A stretch of DNA of 64,000 bases from Patescibacteria group bacterium (GTDB lineage Bacteria; Patescibacteriota; Microgenomatia; 2-02-FULL-39-11). Each line of letters starts with the position of its first letter. The stretch's first letter is position 1. The notes below the pieces were generated by a model. It saw nothing but the letters and a program-made list of their open reading frames with translations. It made no database searches and had not been told where the DNA came from. The DNA lies in NCBI GenBank assembly GCA_023379265.1, contig JAMCUI010000007.1:82330-146329 (forward strand), given 5' to 3'. Positions 46,702-56,398 of this stretch are shown piece by piece. The position numbers and the translations under genes are program-made.

Positions 46702-47268
46702 ATGAAAAATAAAATTTCTGATTTTATTTTTGAAGCTTCTACCTTAAAAAGTCTTAAGAGAACCGGCTGGCAGATATTGGGAGGAAATAAGGAATCTATT
46801 GCTGAGCATTCATTTATGGCTGCTGTGATAGCTTATACTCTTGCAGCACAAATCGGAGCAAATAAAGAGAAAACGGTTCTAATGGCTCTTTTCCATGATT
46901 TAGGTGAAGCGCGGACAGGAGATGTGTACAAGCTGGCCGATTTATATGTCTCAGCAGACAATGTAAAAGCCACGAAAGACGCTTTGGCAAAATTGCCTGA
47001 TTCTGGTACAATTGAAAAACTTTTTTCCGAATACGAAGAAGAGAAAACCCTGGAATCAAAAATCGTCCATGATGCGGATACTCTGGCCCTTGTTGTCGAG
47101 CTGAAAAAGATGATGGAGAATGGTAACGAAAATGCAAAGGAGTGGTTTGAGGCAAACTATAAATGTTTACGCTTGGATATTTCAAAAGAAGTGTTTAAGG
47201 AAATAAAAGAAGGCAATAGCCAGGATTGGTGGAAAAAGGAAAGAAAAAAGATTCACGACAGTTTTTGA
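46702..47268 (+). CDS. HD-domain phosphohydrolase (YfbR-like 5'-deoxynucleotidase family)
   Basis: HSFMAAVIAYTLA...LFHDLGEARTGDV (H...HD...D metal-binding motif). Start chosen at MKNKISDF, after the tRNA and hairpin. Confidence 0.7.
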   Translation: MKNKISDFIFEASTLKSLKRTGWQILGGNKESIAEHSFMAAVIAYTLAAQIGANKEKTVLMALFHDLGEARTGDVYKLADLYVSADNVKATKDALAKLPDSGTIEKLFSEYEEEKTLESKIVHDADTLALVVELKKMMENGNENAKEWFEANYKCLRLDISKEVFKEIKEGNSQDWWKKERKKIHDSF

Positions 47269-47283
47269 TTCTTGATGTTTTTA

Positions 47284-47371
47284 GGAAGGGTCGCATAGTT
47301 GGTCTAGTGCGAACGCTTGGAGAGCGTTTATATCCGCAAGGATATCGTGGGTTCGAATCCCACCCCTTCCG
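47284..47371 (+). tRNA. tRNA-Ser (anticodon GGA), class II; CCA not encoded
   Basis: GGAAGGG/CCCTTCC acceptor, anticodon arm AACGC-TTGGAGA-GCGTT, variable arm TATATCCGCAAGGATATCG, T-arm GTGGGTTCGAATCCCAC. ORF 47226..47561 overlapping it is spurious. Confidence 0.8.
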
Positions 47372-47535
47372 CAAGTATCCTATAGTTCTAAGAGACTCGC
47401 ATAATATCTCGGATAGTTTTCATTGTGTTTCTATATGTCTTCAAAATCAGTATTTCCCTTTCTTTAAAAACCTGAAGATTTATTTTTCACCAAATGTTCA
47501 TCTTTTATTAATAATATGCTATTGTTGGGAAAACT

Positions 47536-48198
47536 ATGAGAATACTTATTGCCGAAGATAATCGGAAATTAGCCGGATATATTAAACAGGCTTTGGGACA
47601 ACAAGGTTATACCGTAGATTCTGTCTACGATGGAGAAACTGCCGAAAATCGTATGTCTGATGAATATGATTTGGTAATTTTGGACATTATGTTACCTCAG
47701 AAAGATGGAATAACAGTCTGTAATAATGTTAGAGGCTACGGTTCTACAACACCGATTCTTATGCTTACTGCTAAGGGAGAACTGGATGATAAAGTTGATG
47801 GTTTGGATGCAGGAGCAGATGATTATCTTATAAAACCCTTTGAGATGAAGGAGTTACTGGCAAGAATACGTGCTTTACTCAGAAGACCAAAAGAGAAAAA
47901 GCCGGAAAAACTTATTGCCCAGAATATTACTCTTGATGGCGCCCGCCATATAGTATTAAAAGGAGAAGACGAACTTTCACTTACACTGAAGGAATACTCC
48001 GTTTTAGATTATATAATCAGGAATAAAAATAAAACGGTAACTCGGGAGCAGATACTTGATCACTGTTGGGATTTTTCCTACGATTCATTTTCCAATATTG
48101 TTGATGTATACATTAAACGTCTGCGTAAAAAGTTACAAGACAAAAATGAGCAATATATCAAAACAATTCGCGGCATTGGTTACCAATTTAAAGAATAA
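47536..48198 (+). CDS. OmpR-family two-component response regulator
   Basis: Receiver domain (ILIAEDN...LVILDIMLP, phospho-Asp context) and winged-helix C-terminus (IRGIGYQFKE). Confidence 0.85.
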   Translation: MRILIAEDNRKLAGYIKQALGQQGYTVDSVYDGETAENRMSDEYDLVILDIMLPQKDGITVCNNVRGYGSTTPILMLTAKGELDDKVDGLDAGADDYLIKPFEMKELLARIRALLRRPKEKKPEKLIAQNITLDGARHIVLKGEDELSLTLKEYSVLDYIIRNKNKTVTREQILDHCWDFSYDSFSNIVDVYIKRLRKKLQDKNEQYIKTIRGIGYQFKE

Positions 48199-49138
48199 GC
48201 CTTTTTTTCAGGCAAAACTAAAACTTACCGCCTATTATACTTTAGGGATTATTCTTATCCTCATTGTTGTAAATATACTTATCTATAGTCTTTTTGTCAG
48301 TGATCTGCAGGGGTCATATGAAGGAGAACAGTCTGACTTAGCTGCAGTGCATATTCAAGGGGCATTGAAGACAATAATTTTTACCGTAAATGGTCTGGGA
48401 CTAATATTGATATTTGGAGTTAGTTTTTATGTTGCTGGTAGAACACTTCTACCAATTGAAGAATCGTATAGACGTCAGAAAAAGTTTATTGCCGATGCCG
48501 CACACGAATTACGGACGCCCATAGCGGTGATGAAAGCCGGAGCAGAAACAATTCTGAGTAGTAACAGCAGCAAAAGTGACTATAAACAATTAACTCGGGA
48601 TTCACTGGAAGAACTAAATCTTTTGTCTTCTGAAGTAAACGATCTACTTTTTTTGGCACGCAATGATGACATCAGAAATTATCAATTCACAAAAATTGAT
48701 TTGGGTAAACTTGTTTTTCAGCAGATTAAACTTATGAAATCTTATGCCCAACGCCGAAAAGTCAATCTCAATTATCACTTCCAAGATAATATTTATATTC
48801 AGGGTAACCAAGGATATGTCAGCCGAATGGTTGTTAACTTACTTAAAAATGGTGTTGTATATAACAAGCCAAATGGAAAAGTCACAGTTTCTTTATATAA
48901 AAAAGAAAAACAAATTATTCTGTCTGTAAAAGATACGGGAATTGGTATTTCTTCAAAAGACTTGCCGTATATATTTGATAGATTTTATAAAGCCGACAGT
49001 GCCCGTCATAGCGAGGGAGCAGGTCTTGGTCTTTCTATTGTTTACGACATTGTTAAAATCCATAATGGAAATATCCATATTCAGAGCCAATTGAATAAAG
49101 GGACATTTGTTGAAGTAATTTTTCCTCAAAGCGCCTGA
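48146..49138 (+). CDS. Sensor histidine kinase
   Basis: Two TM helices, H-box AAHELRTPIAV, ATPase boxes (NLLKNGVVYNKP; DTGIGISSKDLPYIFDRFYKAD; GAGLGLSIV). Start at MSNISKQF, overlapping the regulator end. Confidence 0.8.
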   Translation: MSNISKQFAALVTNLKNKPFFQAKLKLTAYYTLGIILILIVVNILIYSLFVSDLQGSYEGEQSDLAAVHIQGALKTIIFTVNGLGLILIFGVSFYVAGRTLLPIEESYRRQKKFIADAAHELRTPIAVMKAGAETILSSNSSKSDYKQLTRDSLEELNLLSSEVNDLLFLARNDDIRNYQFTKIDLGKLVFQQIKLMKSYAQRRKVNLNYHFQDNIYIQGNQGYVSRMVVNLLKNGVVYNKPNGKVTVSLYKKEKQIILSVKDTGIGISSKDLPYIFDRFYKADSARHSEGAGLGLSIVYDIVKIHNGNIHIQSQLNKGTFVEVIFPQSA

Positions 49139-49201
49139 TACTGTTCACGGAATGTTCATCCTCATTTGATAGTATACTTCCAAGAAAGGAGGTGACGATA
49201 A

Positions 49202-49705
49202 ATGAAAAGCAATACAAATAGATTTCTAGTTCCACTTGCGGTTTTAGCAATTGTCGGACTGGGCGGAAGTCTATATACCCTGCAAAAAGCTGGACCAACT
49301 GCTGTTGAAGCCCAAACGGTTTCATCGGCAGTTAATGTGACTTCCTCAAATCAGGCAGAAAATACTTCTGAGAAGCCGGATGTAACCGAAATGGACAACA
49401 AGACACCGAGTTATACCTCAAATGTAACAGTGTCGGAAAGTCTGGAGACAAATACTTCTGAGGAAGTAAAAAAACTGTCCTCACTTGCCAAAATAAGCGC
49501 TGATCAGGCAAAAGTTGCAGCCGAAAAGGCAACAGGTGGAACAGCTTCAAGTGTGAAGTTAGAGGATGAGAACGGAAATGTCGTTTATGCGGTAACTGTT
49601 GGTTCAAAAGAAGTCAAAGTAGATGCGGGTAATGGAAAAATACTCCATACCGAGTTGGCAGATTCCGGTAATGAAGCAAAAGTATCAGAGACGGAGGCAA
49701 AGTAG
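49202..49705 (+). CDS. Secreted PepSY-domain protein
   Basis: Signal peptide, then KISADQAKVAAEKATGGTASSVKLEDENGNVVYAVTVGSKEVKVDAGNGKILHTE (PepSY-like fold signature). Confidence 0.55.
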   Translation: MKSNTNRFLVPLAVLAIVGLGGSLYTLQKAGPTAVEAQTVSSAVNVTSSNQAENTSEKPDVTEMDNKTPSYTSNVTVSESLETNTSEEVKKLSSLAKISADQAKVAAEKATGGTASSVKLEDENGNVVYAVTVGSKEVKVDAGNGKILHTELADSGNEAKVSETEAK

Positions 49706-49817
49706 ATCTGTCTGATCCAACATAAGCAGAAACGGGGATAATAAGTCCCTGTTTCTGCACAGATTCAAAATATATGAGGTTAATTTATAGTTAACAGTTA
49801 AAAGTAAGAGAGGAAAT

Positions 49818-50561
49818 ATGTTTAAAGATGAACCAATTATTGAAACAATAGATTTAAGTCATAGATATAACACACATAATGCGCTTGATAATCTGAATTT
49901 AACAATATATTCGGGTGAGATTTTCGGTTTTCTGGGACATAATGGTGCGGGTAAAACTACTACAGTTAATATACTGACTACACTTCTTAAACAAACATCA
50001 GGTACAGCAAAAATCGCCGGTCTTGATACGGTAAAGGAAAGTATTGAAGTTCGTCGTCATATCGGTTATTTACCTGAGAATGTGACATTTTATAACAATC
50101 TTACGGCTTTTGAGAATTTGGCCTATTTTGCAAAATTATCAGGAGTCAAAAACGTCGAGGCAAAAGTAATTGAAGTCTTAACTTATCTAAATTTTAGCGA
50201 AGTTAAGGATAAGAAACTGGGGGGATTTTCAAAGGGGATGCGCCAGCGCATCGGTATTGCTCAGGCAATTATTCATGAACCGGAGATACTTTTTCTTGAT
50301 GAACCGACATCAGGATTGGATCCACTTGGAATTAAAAACCTGAGGGAAATTATTATTCGTCTGAATCATGAAAAACAAATTACTATTTTTATGAATACAC
50401 ACCTTCTGTCGGAAGTTGCAAAAACATGTACAACAATTGGAGTGTTAAACCATGGAAGACTTATTTACAAAGATAGTCTTAAAAATACTCTTAAAAGATT
50501 TCCGACTGAGGTTTCGCTTGAAGAAATTTATGTCCAGATGGAAACAAATGGAAATAACTAA
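49818..50561 (+). CDS. ABC transporter ATP-binding protein
   Basis: Walker A GHNGAGKTTT, signature FSKGMRQRIGIAQA, Walker B ILFLDEPTSGLD. Confidence 0.9.
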   Translation: MFKDEPIIETIDLSHRYNTHNALDNLNLTIYSGEIFGFLGHNGAGKTTTVNILTTLLKQTSGTAKIAGLDTVKESIEVRRHIGYLPENVTFYNNLTAFENLAYFAKLSGVKNVEAKVIEVLTYLNFSEVKDKKLGGFSKGMRQRIGIAQAIIHEPEILFLDEPTSGLDPLGIKNLREIIIRLNHEKQITIFMNTHLLSEVAKTCTTIGVLNHGRLIYKDSLKNTLKRFPTEVSLEEIYVQMETNGNN

Positions 50562-50564
50562 CAA

Positions 50565-51533
50565 TTGAGACTAAGTATGTTTGAGCAATTATCAACAGTA
50601 GCAATAAATGAAATAAGAGTTTTGGTCAGAGAAAAAACTTTTTTGCTTTTACTCCTTATTTTTTTTCTTCTGACTCTTTTCTCTGCCTATATTGGTTGGT
50701 CGACTAAAACAACAATTCTTGCAGTATATCGCCAATCAGTTATCACGTTAAAACAGGCGGGAACAGCCAACATACCGTCCAATCCATTTACCGGAATAGC
50801 CCACCTCTCAATTTTTAGGAATATGATTATTTATATTTTTTTGGTTGGTTCACTTATGGCTATAGTTGTAGGGCATAGGGCATTTATTAGGGAGAGAAAG
50901 TCAGGTGTAACGCAACTGATATTTTCCAAGCCTTTAAGCAGAAGTAGTTTTATATTGGGTAAGATATTGGGGATTACAATTGTACTTTTAATGTTAATAA
51001 TAGCTACTTTTCTTGTAAGCATCATTTCAAGTGCATTAATCCCGAACCAGCAATTGACAATGCTTGAGGCAGCCAAACTTTTTTCTTTTTATATCGTTTC
51101 TTTTCTTTATATGTTTATCTTTTCAATGTTAGGCCTTATTTTTTCCATTATTCTTCCTACAGAGTCTCTTACACTTTTAGTACCGATGATTTTTTGGGTT
51201 GCAGTTACTTTTATTATTCCGGAACTTACTACCGGTCAAAATCCTGTAGCACTGCTTAATCCTACAAATATCATTCAAACCACTTCACAAGGTCCATTTT
51301 TTAATTTTATGCATACTGTTCTTTCTCCTTTCTCAGTAGAACAACATTATACTACCATATCCCAACCACTTCTTGAGACACAGAAACAATTTCGTTCACT
51401 TGGAATTTTGGAGATTATTAAACAAAACGGTGGTTCATTCTTATCTCTCATGCTATATTTTTTCATATCCGTGTTTCTGACTTTTTATTCATTTGGCAGA
51501 TACAAAGTTACAAACGACAAAATTTATGAATAA
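50565..51533 (+). CDS. ABC-2 type transporter permease
   Basis: 322 aa, six TM helices, follows the ATPase. Confidence 0.65.
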   Translation: MRLSMFEQLSTVAINEIRVLVREKTFLLLLLIFFLLTLFSAYIGWSTKTTILAVYRQSVITLKQAGTANIPSNPFTGIAHLSIFRNMIIYIFLVGSLMAIVVGHRAFIRERKSGVTQLIFSKPLSRSSFILGKILGITIVLLMLIIATFLVSIISSALIPNQQLTMLEAAKLFSFYIVSFLYMFIFSMLGLIFSIILPTESLTLLVPMIFWVAVTFIIPELTTGQNPVALLNPTNIIQTTSQGPFFNFMHTVLSPFSVEQHYTTISQPLLETQKQFRSLGILEIIKQNGGSFLSLMLYFFISVFLTFYSFGRYKVTNDKIYE

Positions 51534-52506
51534 TAATCCGATCTTCATAATTGCCAAGAAAGAATATACTGATGCAATAAAAAATGTTTTATTTCTGACA
51601 TTGCTCCTGTTTTTATTTATTCTTGTTAGTATTTCACTTTTGGTTACTGCATTTAACTTCCAGTCTCAAGTAGCGCAATATAATACTGCCATAGCACAAC
51701 TGAAGAGTATGGGACAGATAGGTGCAATTCTTGAGAAACCGCAATATTTCCCGCTCCAGATGCTAAGAGGAACGATTGAGTATCTTGAGATTATTGGTGC
51801 AATTATAGGGATTATATTGGGCTACATATGTATTGCCAAAGAAAAAGGGAATAATACAATGCTGCTGCTTCTTAGCAGACCTGTCACGAAAACATCATTT
51901 ATTGGAGGAAAGATATTAGGGAATAGCTTACTTATTTTATCTCTGCTTGGACTTATTTTGATATTTATTATTAGTTCCATATCAGGGATAGGTCATGTTT
52001 TTTTTTCTTCGATAGAACTTTTAAAGCTCTTTCTTGCCTTTCTGTTTTCTTATATTTATCTGATGTTTTTCTTCTGCTTATCTGCTCTTTTGTCGATTTT
52101 TTTCAAAAATATACCAAACGCACTTATTGTAAGTTTTGCCATTTGGTTACTGATTGTTCTTATTATTCCCCAAATTGGTGACACAATGGATCCGGACAAT
52201 CAGATTCCCGGAGGTTTTTTTAACAGCATGCACATGACAAAGATACAACAGAATGAAGTGATATCAAAGTTTAGGACTTATGAAACTTTTAGAAATGCTC
52301 TTGAAGAAAGTTCTGTTGAGAAACACTATGAAAGGTTGGTCTTTGCAACACTGGGAATTAAAGATATTTATAACGGTAAAAGTTTAAATGTGATATTTAA
52401 GGATAAATGGGGGGATTTCATTTGGATTAGTAGCTATTATGTCGGCAGTATACTTCTTGCATTTGCGCTTTTTAAAAATAAAAGGGTTTTGGAGAAAATG
52501 TCTTAA
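51526..52506 (+). CDS. Second ABC-2 type permease
   Basis: About 327 aa, six TM helices. Start at MNNNPIF overlapping the previous stop. Confidence 0.6.
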   Translation: MNNNPIFIIAKKEYTDAIKNVLFLTLLLFLFILVSISLLVTAFNFQSQVAQYNTAIAQLKSMGQIGAILEKPQYFPLQMLRGTIEYLEIIGAIIGIILGYICIAKEKGNNTMLLLLSRPVTKTSFIGGKILGNSLLILSLLGLILIFIISSISGIGHVFFSSIELLKLFLAFLFSYIYLMFFFCLSALLSIFFKNIPNALIVSFAIWLLIVLIIPQIGDTMDPDNQIPGGFFNSMHMTKIQQNEVISKFRTYETFRNALEESSVEKHYERLVFATLGIKDIYNGKSLNVIFKDKWGDFIWISSYYVGSILLAFALFKNKRVLEKMS

Positions 52507-52539
52507 TTTTTAATAATATTTTAGAAAGGTAGGCTAAAT

Positions 52540-53148
52540 ATGAGTAAAAGCATAATCCTATCAGTTATCGTTATAATTTTGGTTACAGTAGGAATCTTTT
52601 TTTTCCTGACTAATGGGCAAAATAATCAGACCACTGTTAATTCCAATAATATTGTACAAATATCTCAAACCAGTGTTAATACAAATAATAATACTCAGGA
52701 TCCCCAGGATGTGGTACCGGGTCTCTATCCGGATCCGATAAAAAATAACTCAGCCGTTCAAGGATTTAAAATAGCTTCTCTTATGGTTGAAAACAACACT
52801 GATGCTGCTGGAAATCCCGTTAGTGACCATTTACAGCTGACTTTAAAGAATTTGACAAACAAAGACCTATCAAATTTTGAGGTCTATTACACCATTATGG
52901 ATACTGTTTCCAACAAAAAAGAGGGATATTATAAAAAACTTGGCAGTTATGTACTAAAAGCCGGAGCAACACAGATAATTAATTTTGATAATAAGCAAGG
53001 TATAGGACATTTTACGGTTAACACACGCAGTCTGTACTTCACATCAAGCAATAAACTTTCATTTAATGTTTTTGTGAGTACTCTAGGCTATAAAGTGGAA
53101 ACCGCAAGTGTAGAAAAAGCTGCCGGAGGAGCGGAAACAAAAGACTAA
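52540..53148 (+). CDS. Hypothetical membrane-anchored, Asn/Thr-rich extracytoplasmic protein
   Basis: N-terminal TM/signal, low-complexity N/T/Q-rich region, beta-rich C-terminus. Confidence 0.4.
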   Translation: MSKSIILSVIVIILVTVGIFFFLTNGQNNQTTVNSNNIVQISQTSVNTNNNTQDPQDVVPGLYPDPIKNNSAVQGFKIASLMVENNTDAAGNPVSDHLQLTLKNLTNKDLSNFEVYYTIMDTVSNKKEGYYKKLGSYVLKAGATQIINFDNKQGIGHFTVNTRSLYFTSSNKLSFNVFVSTLGYKVETASVEKAAGGAETKD

Positions 53149-53398
53149 TTATGTCTTTGTTAATTAAGTATCAAAAAAGGTATATTATTGCAATATAAAT
53201 CTGTTTGAAATTTCTATTCTTGACTCAATTGAAGATTTTTTTGTTTCTCTTTTAGGAAAACAAATTTATCTTGCACCAATACTGACTCTTATATTTGAAG
53301 AAGCCGGCATTCCAATTCCGGTACCTGGTGATATTGTTATTGCCTATATTGGTTATGAAATCTCAAGAGGAATCATTTCATATTGGATTGCTTTCTTT

Positions 53399-53839
53399 AT
53401 GATATTATTTTCCGTTCTGATCGGTGCAACAATCTTATATTTTCTATCGCTAAGATTCGGTCAAAGTATTCTTCTCAGATTTGGAATGTTTATTCATCTT
53501 AATAAAGAGAGACTTATTACTGTTGAAAAGCAGTTTAAGAAATACGGCCCGCTTGTTATTATTTTTGGTAGGCATATTCCGGGATTTAGAGTTCCAATAA
53601 CCATATTTTCTGGTATATCAAAAGTTCCTTATAGAACATTTATTATTAGTACTTTTATTTCTGTTGTATTTTGGATTGCATTTTATCTTGAGATTGGAAG
53701 ACAGCTTGGTTCTCAAACCATAAAATTACTCAAGGCTCACAATATTTATTATTTGTTTTTAGTTATTATAATAGTATCCTTTATCGTATACATTCTGTTG
53801 AAAAGAATGAAAAATAAACACGGTAAGAAAAGTCATTAA
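53399..53839 (+). CDS. DedA/VTT-family membrane protein; conserved N-terminal part lies upstream in frame without a canonical start codon
   Basis: GRHIPGFRVPITIFSGISKVPYRTF is the DedA motif. The same frame is open back to 53168 and encodes ...LTLIFEEAGIPIPVPGD (DedA N-terminal motif), but contains no ATG/GTG/TTG. Confidence 0.55.
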   Translation: MILFSVLIGATILYFLSLRFGQSILLRFGMFIHLNKERLITVEKQFKKYGPLVIIFGRHIPGFRVPITIFSGISKVPYRTFIISTFISVVFWIAFYLEIGRQLGSQTIKLLKAHNIYYLFLVIIIVSFIVYILLKRMKNKHGKKSH

Positions 53840-53982
53840 TGTATGTTTTATTAGCCTATCTTTCAATAAAATTCTATTACTGCAATTTTATATCCCGTTA
53901 ATAAGTCTTTTCCATATTTTGCTATCAGATGTTACCCCTTAAACAATGAATGGTATGGTGGATAAATGGTACAATTTGAGAG

Positions 53983-54660
53983 ATGAAATTGCTTTTTCTT
54001 CTTTTTGTTGCGGCTGGTATAGCATTTATAGTATATATCTCTACGTATTTATTATCCTTAAAAACAACGGGTAAAAAGAAAAAATTCTACAAGAACCTAT
54101 TAATAATTTCATTTTCAGTTTTTGTTGTCCTTTTAGGAATCATCGTTTTTGGAGTTTATAGTTCTTCCGTTCAATCGGATCTACAATGTTCATCAACTCA
54201 TAAAACCACCACTAGGCCTCCACTAAGTCTTAAGACAGCACAAGATTATTTTCTTTTGGGAAACTATGATTATGATAGAGGAAATTGCAGACAGGCAGTC
54301 TTAGATTATTCAAAATCAATCGAGATAGATTCAAGTTTTACCCAGTCATACAATAACAGAGCTTATACCAGTATGAGACTCAGAAATTTTAAAGATGCCT
54401 TACCCGATCTTGATAAAGCAATTCAATTAAATCCCAATTATATTAATGCCCTTATGAACAGAGGGGATATCCATAATTACTATTACCAAATAGACAGACA
54501 ATCGGCAATTGCAGATTATAGAAGAGTGATTGCATTAACTGATTCAGACACTAGACAACAAACAAGCGTTTGTGGACATCTCTTTTTGGCAGAACATAAC
54601 GGTTGGAATCTAGGCGCATTCATTGGTTTTTTCCAAGGTGAATTTATTACCTGTAAATAA
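53983..54660 (+). CDS. TPR-repeat protein with N-terminal TM anchor
   Basis: TPR-like repeats (AVLDYSKSIEIDSSFTQSYNNRAYTSMRLRNFKDALPDLDKAIQLNPNYINALMNRGDIH). Confidence 0.6.
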   Translation: MKLLFLLFVAAGIAFIVYISTYLLSLKTTGKKKKFYKNLLIISFSVFVVLLGIIVFGVYSSSVQSDLQCSSTHKTTTRPPLSLKTAQDYFLLGNYDYDRGNCRQAVLDYSKSIEIDSSFTQSYNNRAYTSMRLRNFKDALPDLDKAIQLNPNYINALMNRGDIHNYYYQIDRQSAIADYRRVIALTDSDTRQQTSVCGHLFLAEHNGWNLGAFIGFFQGEFITCK

Positions 54661-54757
54661 ATTGAGTAAAAAGTGAATCAAGGACGGTTTAAAGATAAAA
54701 TTAGGCAACGTATTCAAAGAATCTCCTTTAGAAAGTGAATAAAGGAATTTGAGATGA

Positions 54758-55576
54758 TTAAGAATGCTGTCTTTGGTTTTTTATATCTTTATGGGTTTTT
54801 GCCAGGTAACCGACAAAAATAATTATCAGAGTTGTTAAAACTATACTCGTCTTTCCGGTGCCAAATCCGATTCCTCCCAGATCAGGAGTTTTCCCGAACC
54901 AGTCAGCAAATGAGGCTCCAAGAGGTCTCGTGACGATGTATGCAGCCCAAAAGGTCAGAACTTCATCAGCACCAAACAGTTTGTAAACCACAAGCGGAAT
55001 GGCAAAAAGGGCAGCAAACAGGATACCTGAAGCAAGATAGCCCCAGCCTAGAGTTATGGCAGTCATATCGCCTGCTGCAGTGCCCAGAGCAAACGTGGTA
55101 ACAACGGTAGCCCAATAAAATAATTCCCTTCGAGAAGTAATAATGCTATGTATTGAAAGCGTATTCTCAATTTTATACCAAAGTATAAAAATGATTGTTA
55201 AAGCAACGGCAAAAAAGATTGTTGATGTAAGATAGGGCACACCCAGAACAATATGTACAACATCAGCAGCCATTGTTCCAAATATAGCTACCATGACAAC
55301 TGCTAGCCAATAAATCCAGGTTTTGTATTTTCTGGTAAACAGCTGAAGCAGAATCGTTACTGTAAATGCAATTGCCCCGCCAATCACCGCAATCACCGGA
55401 TCATAGTGGTGAACCAGATAATCTGAAACAGACTCTCCTAAAGCAGTAGAGAGTAATTTAATAATCCAGAAAATAACCGTTACTTCAGGGACTTTTCTGG
55501 CGATCTGTTTGATGAGCGTACTGGTAAAAAAATTATTTACAGCCGAAGGGAGAGAAAAACGTGCTTTTCGTGTCAT
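54758..55576 (-). CDS. Hypothetical polytopic membrane protein
   Basis: 272 aa, ~8 TM helices. Confidence 0.4.
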   Translation of the reverse strand: MTRKARFSLPSAVNNFFTSTLIKQIARKVPEVTVIFWIIKLLSTALGESVSDYLVHHYDPVIAVIGGAIAFTVTILLQLFTRKYKTWIYWLAVVMVAIFGTMAADVVHIVLGVPYLTSTIFFAVALTIIFILWYKIENTLSIHSIITSRRELFYWATVVTTFALGTAAGDMTAITLGWGYLASGILFAALFAIPLVVYKLFGADEVLTFWAAYIVTRPLGASFADWFGKTPDLGGIGFGTGKTSIVLTTLIIIFVGYLAKTHKDIKNQRQHS

Positions 55577-55675
55577 TTTTATAATAATACTCTTTCAAGA
55601 TGAGTTTCTCTAGAGAAATATATGCCAAAATGATACTTATTGCAGATTTCTCTAGATCTCAGGTGGTAAATGGGT

Positions 55676-56137
55676 TTATTTTAATAGTTTAAATTTATTG
55701 AGGAAATACCAAATAATAAATGTTGATGTGATAGAGATTACAATGCTACCAATAATATCTATTGGATGGTGAACATTTGAAAGAACCCGGGCAATTCCTA
55801 TACAAACAGAAAGTACTCCTAATAATATTCCTATCTTCTTGTGATAAATGAAAATAACTGAAGCTATTGCCATAGTCAGTAGTGTATGGTCTGATGGGAA
55901 ACCGTTATCTGTTGAGGCATGAATTAACGGTTGAATGTGCTGGACAATATATGGCCGAGGGTCAATTATCATGACCGCTAGTATTTTACTTATCAGATAT
56001 GCGAGGGGGAAAGTACCTAAAATAAGTTTGACGTAATTTCTCTGTATGCGTTTTGTCGAAGTAAATACTGTTATAGTTCCAAGTGTAATAACAACCAGAT
56101 ATAGATACTGAGCGCTAAAAATAATTAGAGGAATCAT
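55676..56137 (-). CDS. PAP2-family phosphatase (undecaprenyl-diphosphatase-like)
   Basis: PAP2 motifs GFPSDHT and ARVLSNVHHPIDI. Confidence 0.7.
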   Translation of the reverse strand: MIPLIIFSAQYLYLVVITLGTITVFTSTKRIQRNYVKLILGTFPLAYLISKILAVMIIDPRPYIVQHIQPLIHASTDNGFPSDHTLLTMAIASVIFIYHKKIGILLGVLSVCIGIARVLSNVHHPIDIIGSIVISITSTFIIWYFLNKFKLLK

Positions 56138-56398
56138 AATCTATTTTATCATGTGATGAGAGAGATGTTCGTTTTAAGAGTAATATAAAGTAATGATTTT
56201 ATAAATTATTCATTAACTGATCTTGAATTATCTGTCTACAAGATGATGAATATATCAAACTACATCATTAACACCTTGAAACACCCTTTTTATACTGTCT
56301 CATTTGTCTAATTTAGTCTCAGACTGGTACTAGTAGGAGTTATAAGGATGTCTGGCTTCCAGACGCAGTTGCTCCGCATCGAAAATTTCATTCCGCGT

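Noticed and set aside
47226-47561. 111-aa ORF spanning the tRNA-Ser(GGA) region
   Set aside because: It overlaps a well-formed tRNA and an intergenic promoter region, with no protein-like composition.
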